From NCBI GenBank assembly GCA_041485465.1, contig JBGPJO010000001.1, forward strand, positions 29,017 through 93,016: a stretch of 64,000 nt of DNA, given 5' to 3'. The position numbers were made by a program, and so were the translations under genes. Positions 19,936 to 29,452 of this stretch are shown one piece after another (the stretch's first letter is position 1; each line of letters starts with the position of its first letter). The stretch is from Minisyncoccia bacterium. Lineage in GTDB: Bacteria > Patescibacteriota > Minisyncoccia > Phycocordibacterales > JAKFXT01. The notes beneath the pieces were generated by a model, which was not told the DNA's origin, did not search any database, and worked only from the letters and a program-made list of their open reading frames with translations.

Positions 19936-20625
19936 TCAATTAAGATCATAACTACCGGCAAAGTTTGCTTCAACCACATAGCGATCTTCTTTCGTTCCAA
20001 AGCTGTTGCAGGTCGAAAGAATAAGCTCGTGATCGTTTGAGAAAGTGACACGTACTTCATCCGCCCGAGCGAGTCTCACTGAAAGTACGGTATAGCGATA
20101 CCCTCTCGTCTTTGAGAGGAGGTCTATTTCGTCTCCAAGTCCGAGTTCTTTTAAACCGTTAAAGATTTTAAAGTTCTGGTTGTGAATGACGGGAAGCGCT
20201 GAACTATGCCCGAAAATGAGGACGTTCCGGTCGCTCTCGAGATTCCCCGAACCCGGATAACGAACTGCACCACCAAGGAGCGCGCTGTTTAGGGTTGAGA
20301 CATCTTCACTTAGCGGGTTAAGAACCGCCGCATCAAGTCCAACTTTCGGAATAACAATTCTCACAGGATCAGCCGATTCCGCTTTTAAAGTCTTACCGGA
20401 GGGAGCTTTATTGTCAATTAAAACGGAAACGTCGGGGGACGAAACCTTGGTAGACGTATCATGGATAAAAATTGAAAAAAAAGCGTTATTGAGCTCCTCA
20501 GCCCCGATAGGAGAAAATCCCAAGGAAACACTCGCAATAAAAAGAATCGCAAAAATAATAAGCGACCACTTCAGAAGTTTCCGCTGTTTTTCTTTCCTTT
20601 CTTCTTGATTTTCTATATATACCAT
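19936..20625 (-). CDS. Sortase family transpeptidase
   Basis: N-terminal TM anchor, conserved His (LIFGHSS), TLxTC-type active site (LILSTCNSFG) and a downstream Arg. Confidence 0.75.
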   Translation of the reverse strand: MVYIENQEERKEKQRKLLKWSLIIFAILFIASVSLGFSPIGAEELNNAFFSIFIHDTSTKVSSPDVSVLIDNKAPSGKTLKAESADPVRIVIPKVGLDAAVLNPLSEDVSTLNSALLGGAVRYPGSGNLESDRNVLIFGHSSALPVIHNQNFKIFNGLKELGLGDEIDLLSKTRGYRYTVLSVRLARADEVRVTFSNDHELILSTCNSFGTKEDRYVVEANFAGSYDLN

Positions 20626-20781
20626 GGCTTTTTTACAGATTCTTGGGCTTTAAAAAGCAAAAACTTGAAAACAGTTTGATGATATTAATCATAAAATTAT
20701 AGAAAAGTCAAGACTGGCAAAGGATTGTTTCGTATCTTAAAGTTTGTTTTTGGGGTGGTAGGTTGACAAAATTTTTAAAGT

Positions 20782-21876
20782 GTGATAAAAACCACTCGAC
20801 ACATGAATACTGATACCCCTACAAAAAAAACTTCCGACCGGAATTCGCAAAAACTTCAGAACTTCACAATAAAAGCCCTTGCTATCGTCGGTTTTTTGTC
20901 GATTCTTGCCATGGGAAGTTTTGCTACCATATCCGCCGCTTTATATACGGGGAGGGCTTTCTCTTATCTTGCCTCAGCCGCAGTTAGCCTTTCTTCCGTC
21001 TTCCTCCCCTCACATCAAAACACCAACACAATCCGTCTCACGGCCGATCTGACAGAGGTTCATACAGGCGACACTGTTACTCTCTCTTGGCAAAATCAAG
21101 GAACAAATAATTCAGGTTCCTATACTTTCAGCTATCCCTGTCTTCCCGGTTTTTATTTCAAGGTGACGACTGTCGCCCGGGGAACGGAAGTCGCGTATTG
21201 CAATACAGAATTTAATTTCATTAATACCGATAATACTCTTAAAATTATTCCCATCTCGACAAAAAGCCGTTACGTCGATATGCCGGCGACTATCACGTTT
21301 ACTGAAAGTGGCAGGACGAGCCCGAGCGGCTCCGGAAGCGTCATCCTTACCACTTCAAACTCCGCTCTCGACACATCAGAAAATACCGTTATCCCCTCCT
21401 CAAATGAGACCGGGGCAGTGCATATAGCGAAAACGGAAGGGCAGGAGCAGCGTCATAGCTATACTCCCCCGGGAAGTGGGGAGGGCGGAGTTGCTGATAA
21501 TCCAAACGGCACTGCTGATCTCAAAGTGAGCGTCATTGGAGTCGGTACTATCGATAAAGTAACTGGAGCCTTCAGCGCAACAAGCACCCTGAAGAGAAGC
21601 GACCGGATCGGAGTGCGTTTCGCGGTTGAAAATCTCGGCACCAAATCATCCGGGCAGTGGCGCTTTAACGCGATACTTCCTACCTATCCCCCCTTTACTT
21701 TCAACTCCGATGCCGAGCCATCGCTTTTGCCCGGAGATAGAATTGAGTTTACGATTGGTTTTGATCAATCAGTTGAAGGTAATCAACCGGTCAAGTTTGT
21801 TATTGATCCTCAAAATGAGGTCCGAGAAATGACGAAGGATAATAACACGACGGCGATTACCATTACCATCGGTTAA
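20782..21876 (+). CDS. Membrane-anchored secreted protein with C-terminal CARDB-like domain
   Basis: N-terminal TM. The C-terminus (DPQNEVREMTKDNNTTAITI) resembles the CARDB consensus (D.N.V.E.NE.NN). Confidence 0.5.
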   Translation: MIKTTRHMNTDTPTKKTSDRNSQKLQNFTIKALAIVGFLSILAMGSFATISAALYTGRAFSYLASAAVSLSSVFLPSHQNTNTIRLTADLTEVHTGDTVTLSWQNQGTNNSGSYTFSYPCLPGFYFKVTTVARGTEVAYCNTEFNFINTDNTLKIIPISTKSRYVDMPATITFTESGRTSPSGSGSVILTTSNSALDTSENTVIPSSNETGAVHIAKTEGQEQRHSYTPPGSGEGGVADNPNGTADLKVSVIGVGTIDKVTGAFSATSTLKRSDRIGVRFAVENLGTKSSGQWRFNAILPTYPPFTFNSDAEPSLLPGDRIEFTIGFDQSVEGNQPVKFVIDPQNEVREMTKDNNTTAITITIG

Positions 21877-21884
21877 GCTCTTGG

Positions 21885-21936
21885 AACTAAGTAACAGAGA
21901 ACGCCAGAACATACGTATGTTCCGGCGTTCTCTGTT
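21885..21936. terminator. Bidirectional rho-independent terminator between convergent genes
   Basis: ~17-bp stem CAGAGAACGCCAGAACA/TGTTCCGGCGTTCTCTG with one mismatch, flanked by A/T runs. Confidence 0.6.
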
Positions 21937-21944
21937 TTATAATT

Positions 21945-24011
21945 TTAAATATCGAGGTTAGCGTATTGCGCGTTTGATTGGATAAAGGCCTTTCTGCTCG
22001 GCACATCAGTACCCATCAAAATATCGAAAACCTTATCAGCCTCCTGAGCATCTTCAATCCTCACCTGTTTAAGAACCCTTTTTTCCGGATCCATCGTCGT
22101 CTCCCATAACTCCTCCGGGTTCATTTCTCCCAAACCTTTATAGCGTTGAATGGAGATTTTAACAGCTTTTTTCGGCTTTTCTTCCTCTTCTTGTTTTTCG
22201 GTGTTTTCTTCCCCTGCTTCCGCCTCCTCTATTTCAGAAGTGAAATCTTTATCTTTATCTTTCCCCAAAATTTGATTACGTTCTTTGTCGCTGTAAGCAT
22301 AGGTAATTTCTTTGCCGCGCTTTATTTTATAAAGCGGTGGTTGGGCAATATAGATAAATCCGCCTTCAATAAGCTGTCTAAAATGACGGTAAAAAAGGGT
22401 GAGTAAAAGCGTCCTGATGTGAGCGCCATCAACATCGGCATCGGTTGCAATAATGATTTTGTGGTAGCGTAAGCGTTCAATATCAAATGTGTCCCCAATT
22501 AAAGTACCAAGCGCCAAGACAAGTGCCTTAATTTCGGTCGAAGCAAGCATCTTATCAAGCCGTGCCCGTTCGACATTCAAGATTTTCCCCCGAAGCGGAA
22601 GGATAGCTTGAGTCCGCCTGTCGCGTCCTTGTTTTGATGAGCCGCCGGCAGAATCCCCTTCAACAATAAAAAGTTCGGACTCTGAAGCATCTTTACTCTG
22701 ACAATCGGCAAGTTTTCCGGGGAGGGTCAACCCTTCAAGCGCGCCCTTCCTCAAAACGCTATCCTTCGCCGCTTTCGCCGCTTTCCTGGCCCGAAGGGCC
22801 AGGAAAGCTTTACCGATAATTGCCCGAGCGTCATCCGGATTTTCTTCAAGAAACGTGTTGAATGCTTCGCCGAAGACAGATTCAACGGCGCTTCGCGCTT
22901 CAACGCTTCCCAGTTTCGCTTTTGTCTGTCCTTCAAACTGAATCTCACGGAGTTTTACCGAAATAACCGCCGTAAGACCTTCAAGCACGTCATCCCCGGT
23001 AAACGTGTCCTCGCTTTCCTTAACCAAATTGTTTTTCTTGGCGTATGAATTAAGGGTGCGAGTGAGTGCAGTTTTAAAACCGGTGACATGCGTTCCCCCC
23101 TCCGCTGTGTAGGTATTATTCGCATAGGGAACGACGCGAGCGGTTATATCGTCGACATACTGGAGCGCCACCTCGACGTTGACACCTTCGGCCTCTTTCT
23201 CGACATAGAAAACACTCTTGTGAACTGGTTTTTGAAATTCGTTATAAAAAAGAATGAGCGAGCGAAGTCCTCCCTCAAAATAAAACGTCATGGACGGCAC
23301 TTCGAGATGAAGCTCTCTCAGATAAAAGACCCCTTCGGGATCAAATCGTTCATCAGATTCGCGCAGATCAAGGAGGCTAATCCGTAATCCCTTCACCAAG
23401 TACGCCTGCCCGCGCAAATGGGAGATAATTTTATTCCAATCATATTTGATTTCTTCGAAAATTTCTTCGTCAGCTTCAAATGTGGCGATTGTGCCGTGAA
23501 GCTTTGACGAACCTGTTTTTTTAACACTAGCTTTCTTTTTGCCGCGACTGTATTCCTGTACGTAGATTCCACCGTCGCGGTGAACTTCAACTTTCATCCA
23601 TGAAGAAAGCGCATTAACAACGGATGCGCCGACGCCATGAAGACCGCCTGAAACTTTGTATCCCTGGCCGCCGAATTTGCCACCGGCGTGCAGTGTCGTC
23701 ATGATCGTCTCAAGTGCTGAAACTTTCGTCTGTTTATGAACATCAACCGGAATACCGCGGCCGTTGTCGGCGATCCGAATGCGAGTACCGGGAAGAAGCG
23801 CCACTTCGATATCATCAGCAAAGCCACCCATCGCTTCATCGCGCGAGTTATCGAAGACCTCCCAAATAAGATGGTGCAGTCCATCAAGACCAGTCGTTCC
23901 GATGTACATACCCGGGCGTTTTCTGACCGGTTCGAGGCCTTCAAGTACCGTGATGTCTGCGGCGCTATAGGAGTTCTTTTTTTCTTCTTTTTTGTCCTTA
24001 TTTGAAGCCAT
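21945..24011 (-). CDS. gyrB: DNA gyrase subunit B
   Basis: GHKL ATPase, TOPRIM and the C-terminal tail (...QSNAQYANLDI). Confidence 0.9.
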   Translation of the reverse strand: MASNKDKKEEKKNSYSAADITVLEGLEPVRKRPGMYIGTTGLDGLHHLIWEVFDNSRDEAMGGFADDIEVALLPGTRIRIADNGRGIPVDVHKQTKVSALETIMTTLHAGGKFGGQGYKVSGGLHGVGASVVNALSSWMKVEVHRDGGIYVQEYSRGKKKASVKKTGSSKLHGTIATFEADEEIFEEIKYDWNKIISHLRGQAYLVKGLRISLLDLRESDERFDPEGVFYLRELHLEVPSMTFYFEGGLRSLILFYNEFQKPVHKSVFYVEKEAEGVNVEVALQYVDDITARVVPYANNTYTAEGGTHVTGFKTALTRTLNSYAKKNNLVKESEDTFTGDDVLEGLTAVISVKLREIQFEGQTKAKLGSVEARSAVESVFGEAFNTFLEENPDDARAIIGKAFLALRARKAAKAAKDSVLRKGALEGLTLPGKLADCQSKDASESELFIVEGDSAGGSSKQGRDRRTQAILPLRGKILNVERARLDKMLASTEIKALVLALGTLIGDTFDIERLRYHKIIIATDADVDGAHIRTLLLTLFYRHFRQLIEGGFIYIAQPPLYKIKRGKEITYAYSDKERNQILGKDKDKDFTSEIEEAEAGEENTEKQEEEEKPKKAVKISIQRYKGLGEMNPEELWETTMDPEKRVLKQVRIEDAQEADKVFDILMGTDVPSRKAFIQSNAQYANLDI

Positions 24012-24104
24012 TTTTTAACACAAAAATAATAAGGATGGAAATCCTTATAACAACTTTATTTTACCAAAAAACGGCCTAAAATAAAAGCCCTTTGCTATAC
24101 ACAA

Positions 24105-26489
24105 CTAGCGTACTTGCCAGCCATTTTTATGGTTCAAATTTTCCGTAATGAGAGCCATAATTTCATTCACTTCAGCGTCAGAAAGTGTTTTATCGTGAGA
24201 TTGAAAAACGAGGCGAAATGCATAAGAAATTTTTCTTTCTTTTTTGAACTGATCGAAAAGCATGGTGTGAACAAGAAGTTTCCCTGCCTGTTTTTCAATC
24301 GCCGTAAGAACATCCCCCGAGGAAATAGTTTCCGGAACAAATACCGCTATGTCGCGTAATAGATATGGATATGGTGAAAGCGAAGTATATTTTTTTTGTA
24401 TAGAAGGTTTTAAAGAATCATATGCACTAACTTCCGGTAAATTCTTGATTATCTCTTCAAGGTCGCACTCGGCAACAGAGACATCAATATCTCCTGGTTT
24501 AATTTCTTTTTTGCTGCCGAGATAATCCAGTAGTTTTTGGAATTCTTCCGCGAGTCTCTCTTTTGTCTCGAGAGTGGCTTTTTCTTTTGATTTCACTCTA
24601 TTGATTCCAAAAGCAATTGAGATTAGGGGCTCTTCCGTATCCAAACTCTTAAAAATTTCTCCTATTTCAAAAATTTTAACCTCACCGGTATCATAGAGAT
24701 CAAGTAATGGTGCATACCATGTATTTTTCTGAAGACTCTCTTTGAGGCCGTCCGTGAGATTTTTTCTTAAATATTTTTTATCAGAAGCAAGCGGATTCTC
24801 AATCTCGAGAGTTCCACTGTTTCGCATTGCATACGTATAGACTTCGGAAAATCCTCTCTCCTGAAAAAAGTGCTTGATTTTATTTATATAAAAGAAGTTT
24901 TTATCAATCTTGAGTAAGGTCTCCTTTTTTTGAGAAGCTGAAGTAATTTTTTCGAGGCCGTATATTCTCCCAATTTCTTCTATAAGATCGGCGCTTCCTT
25001 CAAGATCAAGCCTCTCAAAAGGAGCCGTAACCACAAATCGCCGTTCATCATCCTGAAGAATCCGGCGATAGCTGACAACCTCCTTAAAATCAGGGCTCTC
25101 CGAAAGTGCCTCTTCTAAGACTTTTCCACGGCTTTCTTTCCCTGAGGCATGAATGACATTCCCTTGCCCCAGATAGATGCCGACGTGGCTCACCCCGGGC
25201 TCAAAATTTTTACCCTTCATAAAATAAAGTGTTTTGGTGTGCACCGTACCATTGCCGCGCGAGAACACCAGATCTCCTGCCTTAAGGTCAGCTTCCTGTA
25301 TTTCCTCTCCATAAAAAAGCTGGTCGATTGAAATCCGCGGAATTGAGATTCCGGCTTGGGCAAATAGGTACGCAGTAAAGCTTGAGCAATCGAAAGCTCT
25401 TGGCGCGTCGTAGGAAATGCTTGCGCCATAAGAATATGCGCTGCCCACTAATGATTTCCCGAGAGAAAGTACTTTTTCATAGGGCGCTATTACCTCGTAA
25501 GGCAGATGAAGCCTTTTTAAAATCTTCTCGACATCCTTCTTTGTAAGGCTCTCGCCAAGGAGCGAGTTGATTTCCTTAAGAGAAACCCCCGTTTTGTAAG
25601 GATTTCGTGGGCGCGGGTAATAATCAGTGTAGCCTTCAAGATTCCCTCCGGCAATTTCGAGTATAAGTTTTACAACGGCGGGAAGCACAAAACGGGGAAG
25701 CTCGGGAGCAATACCGTTTTCAAAACGAACCGACGCATCAGTACGCAATCGAAGAAATTTTGAGGTAAGACGAATACTTTTGGCGTCAAAATTGGCTGCC
25801 TCAAGAATAATGTTTTTGGTATTCTCGGTTATTTCCGCTTCTTTACCTCCTTTAATTCCACCCATACCAAGAATTTTTTGAACATCTTTATCCTCGGTAA
25901 CAAGAATGGTTTCTTTCGGTAAATCATAGATTTTGTCATCAAGTGTTTCAAGAGTTTCCCCCGCGCCACTTTCCCGAACAGAAATTTTTACTGTGCCCTC
26001 CTTAGTACTTAATTTATCAAAATCAAAAACATGAAGCGGTTGCCCCAAATCGAACATCGCGTAGTTCGTTATGTCCACAATGTTATTGATCGATTTTTGG
26101 CCAAGTGCTTCAAGGCGTGCTTGTAGCCATTGAGGAGATGGACCGATTTTGACGTTTTTTATAAGAGCAGTACTAAACCGCGTAACTTTTTTCGTCTTTA
26201 CGGAAACCAAAACGGATGTGGTTTTTGGCTTAAGCCCGTTTTCTTTTTCAAAGGGATCTTTAGAAAGCGGAATATCAAGAATCGCTGAAATTTCTTTTGC
26301 AATACCATAGTGTGACAGACAATCATGGGCTCTATTAGGAAGTACTTTAACATCGAGCACTTCGTCCTTTCCGGTTTTCTCAATCCCCTCAATTTCAAAG
26401 GCATGCATCGTGAGCGCTTCGGCAATTTTTTCGCCTGACGGCAGGGAGTCTTTAAAATATGTTTGGAGCCATTCCCGTGAAATTTTCAT
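24105..26489 (-). CDS. pheT: Phenylalanyl-tRNA synthetase beta subunit with an NlpC/P60 domain inserted in B5 and no B2 tRNA-binding domain
   Basis: B1 goes straight to B3/4 (SPQWLQARLEALGQKSINNIVDITNYAMFDLGQPLHVFD). The B5 domain is split by residues ~335-482, which read GSAYSYGAS...FDCSSFTAYLFAQAGISIPRISIDQ...GDLVFS...SHVGIYLGQGNVIHA (NlpC/P60 Cys/His signature). B6/7 and the FDX-ACB C-terminus are present. Confidence 0.85.
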   Translation of the reverse strand: MKISREWLQTYFKDSLPSGEKIAEALTMHAFEIEGIEKTGKDEVLDVKVLPNRAHDCLSHYGIAKEISAILDIPLSKDPFEKENGLKPKTTSVLVSVKTKKVTRFSTALIKNVKIGPSPQWLQARLEALGQKSINNIVDITNYAMFDLGQPLHVFDFDKLSTKEGTVKISVRESGAGETLETLDDKIYDLPKETILVTEDKDVQKILGMGGIKGGKEAEITENTKNIILEAANFDAKSIRLTSKFLRLRTDASVRFENGIAPELPRFVLPAVVKLILEIAGGNLEGYTDYYPRPRNPYKTGVSLKEINSLLGESLTKKDVEKILKRLHLPYEVIAPYEKVLSLGKSLVGSAYSYGASISYDAPRAFDCSSFTAYLFAQAGISIPRISIDQLFYGEEIQEADLKAGDLVFSRGNGTVHTKTLYFMKGKNFEPGVSHVGIYLGQGNVIHASGKESRGKVLEEALSESPDFKEVVSYRRILQDDERRFVVTAPFERLDLEGSADLIEEIGRIYGLEKITSASQKKETLLKIDKNFFYINKIKHFFQERGFSEVYTYAMRNSGTLEIENPLASDKKYLRKNLTDGLKESLQKNTWYAPLLDLYDTGEVKIFEIGEIFKSLDTEEPLISIAFGINRVKSKEKATLETKERLAEEFQKLLDYLGSKKEIKPGDIDVSVAECDLEEIIKNLPEVSAYDSLKPSIQKKYTSLSPYPYLLRDIAVFVPETISSGDVLTAIEKQAGKLLVHTMLFDQFKKERKISYAFRLVFQSHDKTLSDAEVNEIMALITENLNHKNGWQVR

Positions 26490-26490
26490 A

Positions 26491-27255
26491 TTAGAATTGG
26501 TTCACCAGGCGAAGATCCCCCGTATAAAGAAGGCGGACATCGTCAATTCCGTATTTCATCATGGCAAGACGATCAATCCCCGCCCCAAAAGCAAATCCCT
26601 GCCATTCCCTCGGGTGAATACCAACAGCTTCAAGCACTTTGTGATGCACCATGCCTGCCCCCATAAATTCAATAAAACCCGTTCCTTTGCAGGTAGCACA
26701 ACCCACACCATTGCAGCGAATGCAGGTCATATCAACCTCAACCGATGGTTCGGTAAAAGGAAAGTATGAGGGACGAAGCCGGGCTTTTAATTCTCTTCCA
26801 AAAAATTCCGAAAAGAATTTTTCAAGTATTCCCTTCATTGTGGCAAGTGAGATATCTTTGCCTATCATCAACCCTTCAAGCTGATAAAATTGCGCTTCAT
26901 GAGTAGCATCTGTCGCTTCGTGTCGATAGACTTTTCCGGGCGCGATGATCGCAAAGGGCGGTGTATGCTTTTCCATATAACGGATCTGGACCGGCGAAGT
27001 ATGGGTTCGGAGTAATTTCCTAGCATTTTGTGGTTTAAGCCAAAAGGTGTCCCACATATCGCGGGACGGATGCCACTGAGGGATGTTGAGCGCGTCGAAA
27101 TTATAGTATTCGGTTTCAATTTCCGGCCCCTCGACAAAAGAAAAACCCATCTTTGAAAAGATAAGGTTTATTTCTTCAATCATCTGGCTGATCGGATGCA
27201 GATGTCCTTTTAATTTCGGCGCCGATTCCTTCATGCCTTTCATGGTGCTCATCAA
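26491..27255 (-). CDS. pheS: Phenylalanyl-tRNA synthetase alpha subunit (catalytic core only; short N-terminus)
   Basis: Class II catalytic motifs (FPFTEPS, GAGMVHHKVLEAVGI). Adjacent to pheT. Confidence 0.9.
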   Translation of the reverse strand: MMSTMKGMKESAPKLKGHLHPISQMIEEINLIFSKMGFSFVEGPEIETEYYNFDALNIPQWHPSRDMWDTFWLKPQNARKLLRTHTSPVQIRYMEKHTPPFAIIAPGKVYRHEATDATHEAQFYQLEGLMIGKDISLATMKGILEKFFSEFFGRELKARLRPSYFPFTEPSVEVDMTCIRCNGVGCATCKGTGFIEFMGAGMVHHKVLEAVGIHPREWQGFAFGAGIDRLAMMKYGIDDVRLLYTGDLRLVNQF

Positions 27256-27306
27256 CTATAACAGCATATGTAGATGATGTAAAAATCACGGAGTTTTTTG
27301 CCTTGA

Positions 27307-28608
27307 TTGAAAAAAAGCCAAGGAATGCATATACTGTCTCTGTTTCGTTTACGATTTAATTCACAATCCGTAATGATTGAAGTGGGAACAATAGTCGCCC
27401 ATATACTTCTTTTTATCTCGCTGTACTTCGAGATTTTTTTGCTTCTGACTTTTCTTGAAGGAAAACATGAAATGAAAAAATCTCCGAGAGAATCTTCCTA
27501 TGCTCCAAGCGTGACAGTCATTGTCCCTTGTTTTAATGAAACAAAAACGCTCACAAAGACCGTCAACTCTCTTCTTTCATTAGACTATCCTAAAGATAAG
27601 CTTTCTATTTTTATAGTGGATGACGGATCAACTGACGACACCTGGTCGGTAATGCAGAAGTTCAAAGAAAACCAGTCAATCTCACTCTTCCAAAAAGAGA
27701 ACGGCGGTAAATTTACCGCCCTTAATCTTGGCATCTCTCAGGCAAAATCAGAGATAGTGGGATGTCTTGACGCTGACTCGTTTGTCGACCGAAAAGCTTT
27801 GCGACGAATAATCGAGAGATTTGAGAATCCTGAAATCTCCGCGGTCACTCCGGCTATTAAAGTAAGTTCTCCGAAAAATATCATTGAACGCATCCAATCC
27901 GCCGAATATGCTTTTAGTGCTTTTATTCGAAAAACCTTTTCGTATCTCGGCGCCATATACATTGCTCCCGGACCGTTTTCTTTTTTTAGAAGAGAGATTT
28001 TTGAAAAAATCGGACCGTACCGGCACGCCCACAATACTGAAGATCTTGAGATGGCACTTCGTCTCCAAACAAAACGTTTGAAAATAGATAACGCCCACGA
28101 TGCGTATGTCTATACGATCGCTCCGAAAACGCCCCGAGCTCTTTATAAACAGCGTGTCCGTTGGATCCACGGTTTTCTTGAAAATGCCCGCGATTACCGT
28201 TTCCTTTTTTTTCGACCGGGGTATGGCAATTTGAGTATGTTTGTCCTTCCCACGGCGACTCTTTCAATATTCACCGCTCTGTACTTTACCGCCTACAGTA
28301 TATGGAATGCGGCTGTATTTATAGGCAATAAAATTATTGAGTTTTCGGCTGTCGGTCTGAACCTTGCCATACAGCCCATCCAATTCGATTGGTTTTTCTT
28401 CAAGACCGAATCCATTTTCATTTTAAGTTCAATTCTAATTGTCCTGACAATAATTCTCATCGTAACGGGTAAATATATTCTCGACCGACGTGTTGGTTTT
28501 TCCCGGGACATACTCTATTTTGTTCTTTTTTACAGTTTTCTTGCGCCCTTTTGGCTTGCCCGATCAGTCTATAATACCGCTCTTTCGAAAAAAACTTCGT
28601 GGCGATAA
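27307..28608 (+). CDS. Processive family-2 glycosyltransferase (polysaccharide synthase-like) with C-terminal TM region
   Basis: GT2 motifs VIVPCFNE, DDGSTDD, LDADS and a QRVRW (QxxRW) processive motif, followed by multiple TM helices. True start uncertain: 27307, or ~27373 (MIEVG). Confidence 0.7.
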   Translation: MKKSQGMHILSLFRLRFNSQSVMIEVGTIVAHILLFISLYFEIFLLLTFLEGKHEMKKSPRESSYAPSVTVIVPCFNETKTLTKTVNSLLSLDYPKDKLSIFIVDDGSTDDTWSVMQKFKENQSISLFQKENGGKFTALNLGISQAKSEIVGCLDADSFVDRKALRRIIERFENPEISAVTPAIKVSSPKNIIERIQSAEYAFSAFIRKTFSYLGAIYIAPGPFSFFRREIFEKIGPYRHAHNTEDLEMALRLQTKRLKIDNAHDAYVYTIAPKTPRALYKQRVRWIHGFLENARDYRFLFFRPGYGNLSMFVLPTATLSIFTALYFTAYSIWNAAVFIGNKIIEFSAVGLNLAIQPIQFDWFFFKTESIFILSSILIVLTIILIVTGKYILDRRVGFSRDILYFVLFYSFLAPFWLARSVYNTALSKKTSWR

Positions 28609-28617
28609 TCAAGGCCT

Positions 28618-29313
28618 ATGGGGAAATTTGACTGGAAAAAATACCTTATTGTTTTTTTAATCACCGCCCTTATATTCAGTACCGCAATTTACCTGAGTAA
28701 CCTTGCAAGCGAAAAACGGCTTGATGAAATAAAATCGATTGAGGATAAAATTGCCATTGACATCCTCTCTTCGGAAACCCAGTTTAATCTTCTTGCGGAG
28801 AGTTCATGTGAAGATCTTAATAATCCGGGCTTATCCGCTGATCTCAATTCTCTCGCGGAAAAACTTTCCTTTGAAGAGGACAAGCTTGGAAGCGATAATC
28901 AGGAAGTGATCGGACTCAAGCGCTATTATTCGGTGCTTGAAATCAAAGACTATCTGTTGGTGAAAAAAATTAGCGAAAAATGCCACGTCAAACCGCTAAC
29001 GGTCCTCTATTTCTATTCAAACGCAGGGGACTGCAGTGAATGCGAACGGATGGGTTATATTCTCACCTACTTAAGAGATGAGTATCCTGAGCTTCGGGTC
29101 TATTCCTTTGATTACAATCTCGACCTCTCAACACTCAAAACCCTGCTTTCCGTTTTCAAACTTGAGCGCAAGCTTCCCGCTGTTGTCGTAAACAGCACCC
29201 CATACTATGGCTTCAAAAGCATTGAGGAATTCGAAAAAATTATGCCTGAATTAAAAACACTTAAGAATCAAGCGGCCAGTTCTTCAACGACCACATCAAC
29301 AAAAAGTAAATAG
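28618..29313 (+). CDS. Membrane-anchored protein with a possible thioredoxin-like CxxC (DCSEC) domain
   Basis: N-terminal TM; YFYSNAGDCSEC motif. Immediately downstream of the GT2 gene. Confidence 0.35.
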   Translation: MGKFDWKKYLIVFLITALIFSTAIYLSNLASEKRLDEIKSIEDKIAIDILSSETQFNLLAESSCEDLNNPGLSADLNSLAEKLSFEEDKLGSDNQEVIGLKRYYSVLEIKDYLLVKKISEKCHVKPLTVLYFYSNAGDCSECERMGYILTYLRDEYPELRVYSFDYNLDLSTLKTLLSVFKLERKLPAVVVNSTPYYGFKSIEEFEKIMPELKTLKNQAASSSTTTSTKSK

Positions 29314-29341
29314 AAATGGGGGCGATTCAGACACTTTTTGG

Positions 29342-29414
29342 AGCCAGCAGAGGGGATCGAACCCACGACCTACGGTTTACAAAACCGTTGCTCTACCAAC
29401 TGAGCTATGCTGGC
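29342..29414 (-). tRNA. tRNA-Thr (anticodon UGU)
   Basis: Reverse complement GCCAGCATAGCTCAGTTGGTAGAGCAACGGTTTTGTAAACCGTAGGTCGTGGGTTCGATCCCCTCTGCTGGCT folds as a cloverleaf with the T-loop GGTTCGATCC and anticodon loop TTTGTAA. The 3'-terminal CCA appears to be encoded: the adjacent plus-strand bases 29339-29341 (tgg) read CCA on the minus strand. Confidence 0.85.
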
Positions 29415-29452
29415 AATTTCCCTAAACTCCTAGAGTCTAGCAGAAGACCGAG

